In this document: one piece after another, positions 6,773 through 11,413 of the stretch
How the letters are laid out: each line of letters opens with the position of its first letter
Numbering within the stretch: position 1 is the stretch's first letter
From: a bacterium
Lineage (GTDB): Bacteria > Zhuqueibacterota > Zhuqueibacteria > Oceanimicrobiales > Oceanimicrobiaceae
NCBI GenBank assembly: GCA_037446635.1
Contig: JBBIIG010000093.1
Location: 1 to 11,413 of the forward strand
DNA length: 11,413 nt
Direction of reading: 5' to 3'
The notes under the pieces: generated by a model
What the model was told of the DNA's origin: nothing
The model's database searches: none
Seen by the model: only the letters and a program-made list of their open reading frames with translations
Translations under genes and position numbers: made by a program

Positions 6773-8155
6773 CTACATTGCCGGGAACATAAACGTCACT
6801 GTGGTACCCTTGCCGACGCCGCTTTCCATGAACAGCTCGCCTTTGTTGGTTTCCACAATCCGCTTCGAGACCGGCAGTCCCAAGCCGGTGCCATTCTTTT
6901 TAGTTGTGTAGTACAGCTCGAAAATCTTTTTCATTTGCTCTTTGGAGACACCCTCGCCGGTGTCTTTAACCGATATCAAAACTTTGTTGCGCTTTTCCCA
7001 CGAGCGGATGGCGATCTTGCCGCCCTGGCCGGTGGCGTGGATGGCATTGATCACGATGTTGTGCAGCGCCTGCTGCACTTGATTGCGGTCCACCACCACG
7101 TCGCGCAATTTTTTCCCCAGCCGCGTCTCGATTTGAATTTTGGATTTCTCGGCGTCAGCCGAGGCCATTTGGCAAACACTTTTGATGATCTCGTTGACAG
7201 AGGTGCGCTCTTTCTTCGGGATCCCCGGCCGAACATATCCAAAAAACCCCTCCACCACTTCCTGCAAATGAGCCAACTGGCCTTCGAGGGTTTCCACTTG
7301 TTTGAGCGCGGACTCTTTGGGCAGGCCTTTGTCAATTTTCGTTTTTAAGACATCAAGATTGATGCCCAAAGAATGCAGGGGATTTTTGATTTCATGAGCC
7401 ATAAGATCCAGCAGGCGCGCCTGGTCGCGCAATTTTTTGAGCGCGCGCTCGCGCTCCCCCGCCGCCCTCCGCTGCGCCTGATCCAACTCTTCCATGCGCT
7501 CCAGCGCGGAATTGACTTTCTTGTAAAGCGCCGCAAAATCATCTTTCGGTTTCCAACTTAGCCGAAAACTATAACGCCGTTTTGCGATGGTATCCATTGC
7601 CCGGGTTATTTGATGCAGCGGCGCCCGCGAAACTCGGCTGCCCACCAGCGCCAGTAAAATCGCGCCCAGCACCCCGCCCAATCCAATTAAATAAAGCTTG
7701 AGATTGAAGTCGTACAAAACCGCCCGCAAGCCGCCGGCCTCCCCTTTGATGTGCAGCACGCCGTAGAGATTCGGCTCAACCAACCAAACGCATGTGTACT
7801 CGCCAACGGCCCTCATTTTTGTTGGTCGAATTTCTTTGGGGTTTTTGGCGGCTTTGTTAAAATCGATGCTTGGTACCAGGGCATTCTCTTTTAAAGAAAA
7901 GACAACTTTATTTTCTTTATTGATGAGAAACAAATTTTCCACGGTTTTGAAACTCGAGGCCGCCTGTTTGAGAGTGTGATAGAACTGCTTCTCGTTGCGG
8001 TTCGCGATGATCACTTCGTGAAAATGCGCCGCTAGCGCTTGCGCCGACTGTTCGGCGAGGGTGTGCAAGCTCTGAACGGCGAAGTAGGCCGCGAAGCCAA
8101 AAATCACTCCAATAAAGAGCAACGACAGGATGAGCTGTCGATAAAAAATCTTCAT
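6773..8155 (-). CDS. Membrane-bound sensor histidine kinase (2 TM, small periplasmic domain, HAMP, HisKA, HATPase)
   Basis: H-box AHEIKNPL, N-box NIVINAIHA, G1 DTGEG, F-box IFELYYTTK, G2 GTGLGL. Ends 6 nt before the regulator start. Confidence 0.95.
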   Translation of the reverse strand: MKIFYRQLILSLLFIGVIFGFAAYFAVQSLHTLAEQSAQALAAHFHEVIIANRNEKQFYHTLKQAASSFKTVENLFLINKENKVVFSLKENALVPSIDFNKAAKNPKEIRPTKMRAVGEYTCVWLVEPNLYGVLHIKGEAGGLRAVLYDFNLKLYLIGLGGVLGAILLALVGSRVSRAPLHQITRAMDTIAKRRYSFRLSWKPKDDFAALYKKVNSALERMEELDQAQRRAAGERERALKKLRDQARLLDLMAHEIKNPLHSLGINLDVLKTKIDKGLPKESALKQVETLEGQLAHLQEVVEGFFGYVRPGIPKKERTSVNEIIKSVCQMASADAEKSKIQIETRLGKKLRDVVVDRNQVQQALHNIVINAIHATGQGGKIAIRSWEKRNKVLISVKDTGEGVSKEQMKKIFELYYTTKKNGTGLGLPVSKRIVETNKGELFMESGVGKGTTVTFMFPAM

Positions 8156-8217
8156 CGCATTCGGCGCCTACATTCGATTATGACGATGTGAGTTCGGAGA
8201 CCACCAATTTTGGCTTC

Positions 8218-8246
8218 AAAATAACATGCACTTTATAAAATGTCAA
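8218..8246 (-). promoter_or_regulatory. Sigma-70-type promoter for the kinase/regulator operon
   Basis: Minus strand TTGACA (8246-8241), 17-nt spacer, TATTTT (8223-8218) preceded by TGn (extended -10). Confidence 0.7.
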
Positions 8247-8271
8247 GCGAAAAATCCCGGCGCGATTTCGC

Positions 8272-8300
8272 TTGCATTTATAAGCATCACATAGTATTCT
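8272..8300 (+). promoter_or_regulatory. Sigma-70-type promoter for the adenosyltransferase/symporter pair
   Basis: TTGCAT (8272-8277), 17-nt spacer, TATTCT (8295-8300). GGAG precedes ATG 8328. Confidence 0.6.
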
Positions 8301-8327
8301 TTACCGAACTTTTTCTACGGAGTTGTT

Positions 8328-8888
8328 ATGAAATTGCGAATTACCAAAGTTTATACCCGCCAGGGCGACGGCGGCGAAACCCGCCTCGGCGGCGGACAAA
8401 AGGTGTCAAAAGACTCTGCGCGCATTAAAACCTACGGCACCGTCGATGAATTGAACTCGGTGATTGGAATTGCGCTGGCCTTTGAACCAACTCCTATTGT
8501 TAAAAAGACGCTCACAAACGTTCAACATCAGCTTTTTACGTTGGGCGGCGAGTTGAGCGTGTTGGAGGAAGACAAACAGAAATGGCAAATGAAGGTCATT
8601 GAATCCGCTCACGTGGAGGATTTGGAAAAGCTGATGGACACGCTGAACGAAGAACTGCAGCCCCTCGAAGATTTCATTCTGCCGGGCGGAACCAAAACCG
8701 CGGCGCTTTTGCACCAGGCACGCTGCGTGTGCCGGCGGGCGGAACGATTGGCGGTGGAATTATCCAAACAGGAAAAAATCGGAGAACAGGTCATCAAATA
8801 TCTGAATCGGCTTTCGGATGCGTTGTTTGTGCTGGCGCGCTACGAGAATTTCAAAAGCGGCGTGAGCGACATTTACTGGCAAAAGTGA
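8328..8888 (+). CDS. pduO: ATP:cob(I)alamin adenosyltransferase, PduO type
   Basis: [50 protein letters not shown] and [14 protein letters not shown]. Confidence 0.95.
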   Translation: [186 protein letters not shown]

Positions 8889-8901
8889 AGGCCGCGAACG
8901 G

Positions 8902-10365
8902 ATGCAACTCTGGTTCTATTGGACAGCCTTTGCTCTGTACGCCGCCACGGTGATTTACATCGGCTGGCGCGGCTACCAAAAAAGCCAACGCGCCGAAGAG
9001 GCGCAAGTGGATTTTTGGGCGGCGGGCAAAAAATTAGGGGCGTGGTCGGTGGGGCTCTCCATTTCCGCCAGCTTCATGTCCATCAGTTGGTCGTGCGTGT
9101 ATGACATCCAGCTTTTTTACTGGTACGGAGTGGGCGCCCTCTGGCTGCTGCCTATCCCCTGGCTGCTGACGATGCTTTTCTATTACATTCTCACGCCCTA
9201 CTTCCGCAAACTTCCCGCCTTTTCACAACCAGAAATGATTGCCCGCCGCTTCGGCGAGCGCGCACGCGCCTATCTGGCGCTGCCGCTGGCGTTCGTATTT
9301 CTGGTGTGGGGCGGCGCCGAAATTTACGCCGCAGCCAACATCCTCTCGCCGCTGTTGGATATTTCTCTGAATGCAACACTAATTCTGATCACCCTCATTG
9401 TAGCGTGCTACTCGTTTATGGGTGGATTTTCCGCGGTGGTGAACACCGATAAACTGCAATACGCTCTGGTCGCGTTCTTCATTTTGTCGGTAACGGTCAT
9501 TGCGGCCAAAGCATCTTTGAGCGGCGGCACGTTCGCGGAAGTGCTGGGCACGATTCCTTCCCCACCTAAAATTAACGGGACGGCGTTCACGATTTTTTCC
9601 GCCGGTCCGGCGTTGATCGCGATGACCCTGCTCACCTATCTTCCGGGCTGGGTGGTCGAAACCGATATCTGGCTGCGGCTGCAGGCGGCGCGCTCCAACG
9701 CCGACGCGCGCCGAGGAATTCTCATCGCCAGTTTGAATTCATTTTTCTTTATCGCATTTTTACCGATGATCATCGGGCTGGCGGCGCTTTACCTCTACCC
9801 ACCCACCGGCGCCGAAATTCCAACCGAGCTGAACGACGGCGCGGCGATTTTGGCCGTGATAATTCGCGATCACGCGCCGCAAATTTTGGGGGCGCTGCTC
9901 ATTGTTGGCCTCGCCGCGGCGGCCATGTCCACCATCGACACCTGCGGCAACGTGGTGGCGCTATCGCTCTCGTACGACATTCTCGAGCCGTACCTCCAGT
10001 CAAAATCTAAAAAGAAAATCAAGCTGCGTTTCGTCTCTCGTTTCATGTCCGGCGGCGCGGTGTTTCTGGCATACGTTTATGCCCTGTTTACGGAATCGCT
10101 GTGGGATATTTTTTATTTGTCGTCCGGAATTCTCACCACTACCATTTTCATTCCGATGGTCGCGCTGTTTCGCCCGGCCTCCACGAAACGGCAAGTTGAG
10201 GCTGCCGCGGTTGCGGGTTTTATCTCAACATTTGTGTTTTACTTTTTGGAGAAAAAAGGAATGCTGGCCGCTGTGGAACCGGATTGGCTGGCGGCGACGG
10301 GATTAGGGTATATCGTATTTGGACTGGCGGCGAGTTGTTTGGCGTATGGGATTGCTAAACTGTAA
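8902..10365 (+). CDS. Sodium:solute symporter family (SSF) transporter, substrate unknown
   Basis: About 13 hydrophobic segments. Motifs DFWAAGKKLG-GLSISASFMS, RFG, GGFSAVVNTDKLQ, and the Na2-site-type AAAMSTID. Confidence 0.92.
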   Translation: MQLWFYWTAFALYAATVIYIGWRGYQKSQRAEEAQVDFWAAGKKLGAWSVGLSISASFMSISWSCVYDIQLFYWYGVGALWLLPIPWLLTMLFYYILTPYFRKLPAFSQPEMIARRFGERARAYLALPLAFVFLVWGGAEIYAAANILSPLLDISLNATLILITLIVACYSFMGGFSAVVNTDKLQYALVAFFILSVTVIAAKASLSGGTFAEVLGTIPSPPKINGTAFTIFSAGPALIAMTLLTYLPGWVVETDIWLRLQAARSNADARRGILIASLNSFFFIAFLPMIIGLAALYLYPPTGAEIPTELNDGAAILAVIIRDHAPQILGALLIVGLAAAAMSTIDTCGNVVALSLSYDILEPYLQSKSKKKIKLRFVSRFMSGGAVFLAYVYALFTESLWDIFYLSSGILTTTIFIPMVALFRPASTKRQVEAAAVAGFISTFVFYFLEKKGMLAAVEPDWLAATGLGYIVFGLAASCLAYGIAKL

Positions 10366-10388
10366 CACAACATTAATGTTGTGTTACA
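10361..10388. repeat. Perfect 28-bp palindrome spanning both convergent stop codons
   Basis: TGTAACACAACATT|AATGTTGTGTTACA, with no mismatches and no spacer. Confidence 0.95.
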
Positions 10389-11412
10389 TCAAAGGAAGAT
10401 TAAACTGCAGAGCCCGCTCGAAAAACCACACCAATCCAAAAATCAAGATAATTGAAGAAAGACCATACACCACCTGCCGCTGCCATTTGGTTTGATTGAT
10501 CCACAGGATAATGGGAAAGGCAATGGCCACAATCACCACCTGGCCAATTTCCACGCCCACGTTAAACGACAATAGCGACGCCGCCAGCCCCCTGGCAGGC
10601 AGACCCAATTCGGTGAGCACGTTGGCGAAACCGAAGCCGTGCATCAAGCCGAAGATGAAGGTGATGAGCCAGCGCTGGTCGGTGTCGTTCACCAAAAAAT
10701 TCTCAATGGCAATGTAAACGATGCTGAGCGCAATCACCGATTCCACCAGCCGCGCCGGCAGCAACACTACTTGTAGCGCCGCAAGAATCAAAGTGATGCT
10801 GTGCGCCAGGGTAAAGGAGGTCACAATTTTAATCAGGTTGCGGAAGCTGCCGCCCAGCACAATCAACCCCATTAGAAACAAAATGTGATCGTAGCCGATA
10901 AAAATGTGTTCCATCCCCAACCGGATGAATTGCCCAATCTGATTGAGCAGCGGAACATCGCGCCCTTCAAATGGGATGCTTTGCTGCGGATCATCGCTGG
11001 TGAAAATGGCTTGCACGGTTTCGCTGCCGGCAATCACTTTCACTAAATTTTTGTGACGCGGTCCGAAATCGTCAAAAATATCCAACCGCAGGGTTAGCTT
11101 CCAGACCGGCGAAGCCAGCTCCGCGCTAAACTGAAAATCAATGAAACGGTTGCCAGGCTCGTCGGCGAAGAGTTGGCCGCCGTTTTTGCTTAACGGCAGC
11201 TCGTCGCCCGCGACCATCAGCGCGATTCTCTCGTGAAAATGTTCCTGCATGACGTCGAGATTGAGCAGGAGCTCATCGTTGGCGATGGCGCCATCGCCGT
11301 CTTCATCGAGATCGAAAATCTTTTCGAGATCGGTTTGATCCACTCGCAGGCTGCAGGTGATCTTTTCAGGTTGAATTTCAATCAGGGTGTAGCTGGTGTT
11401 GATCTCGTGGGC
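10384..11412 (-). CDS. HupE/UreJ-family membrane protein with an N-terminal extracytoplasmic domain (5' end outside the window)
   Basis: LGMEHIFIGYDHILFL, VTSFTLAHSITL, VESVIALSI, FGLMHGFGFA and SFNVGVEIGQ. The frame stays open upstream of GTG 11343 to the window edge (AHEINTSYTLIEIQPEKITCSLRV), and A|HE is a typical mature N-terminus for this family. Confidence 0.92.
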   Translation of the reverse strand, partial: AHEINTSYTLIEIQPEKITCSLRVDQTDLEKIFDLDEDGDGAIANDELLLNLDVMQEHFHERIALMVAGDELPLSKNGGQLFADEPGNRFIDFQFSAELASPVWKLTLRLDIFDDFGPRHKNLVKVIAGSETVQAIFTSDDPQQSIPFEGRDVPLLNQIGQFIRLGMEHIFIGYDHILFLMGLIVLGGSFRNLIKIVTSFTLAHSITLILAALQVVLLPARLVESVIALSIVYIAIENFLVNDTDQRWLITFIFGLMHGFGFANVLTELGLPARGLAASLLSFNVGVEIGQVVIVAIAFPIILWINQTKWQRQVVYGLSSIILIFGLVWFFERALQFNLPLM

Positions 11413-11413
11413 G

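Noticed and set aside
8156..8327. Possible cobalamin riboswitch upstream of pduO
   Set aside because: The predicted promoter leaves a leader of only ~20 nt, and no B12-box-like sequence was seen.
11341..11343. GTG start of the HupE/UreJ ORF
   Set aside because: The frame is open to the window edge, so the real start and signal peptide lie outside the window.
1..11413. CRISPR array, tRNA/rRNA, transposase/integrase or defence genes
   Set aside because: No regularly spaced repeats, RNA-gene signatures or corresponding protein motifs were seen.

Overview
Bacterial chromosomal window of moderate GC. The T9SS-like CTD protein, PorV-family barrel and sigma-54 system suggest an FCB-related diderm lineage such as KSB1 or Calditrichota (inference only). 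From left to right: a disrupted marC remnant; uppP translationally coupled to a glycerophosphodiester phosphodiesterase; a minus-strand block; a divergent PduO-type cobalamin adenosyltransferase with a sodium:solute symporter; and a convergent HupE/UreJ-family gene that runs off the window edge. In the minus-strand block, a histidine kinase and an NtrC-family bEBP are followed by a candidate enhancer and a near-consensus sigma-54 promoter. Downstream lie a LysM-TM-acidic-tail protein, a stand-alone receiver, a minimal FN3+CTD secreted protein and a PorV-like barrel fused to an SH3b domain. This block is the most interesting element: it looks like a self-contained, sigma-54-controlled trans-envelope module. 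Other notable features are a perfect 28-bp palindrome containing two convergent stop codons and a switch-like intergenic RNA element inside the block. No rRNA, tRNA, CRISPR array or transposase was seen.
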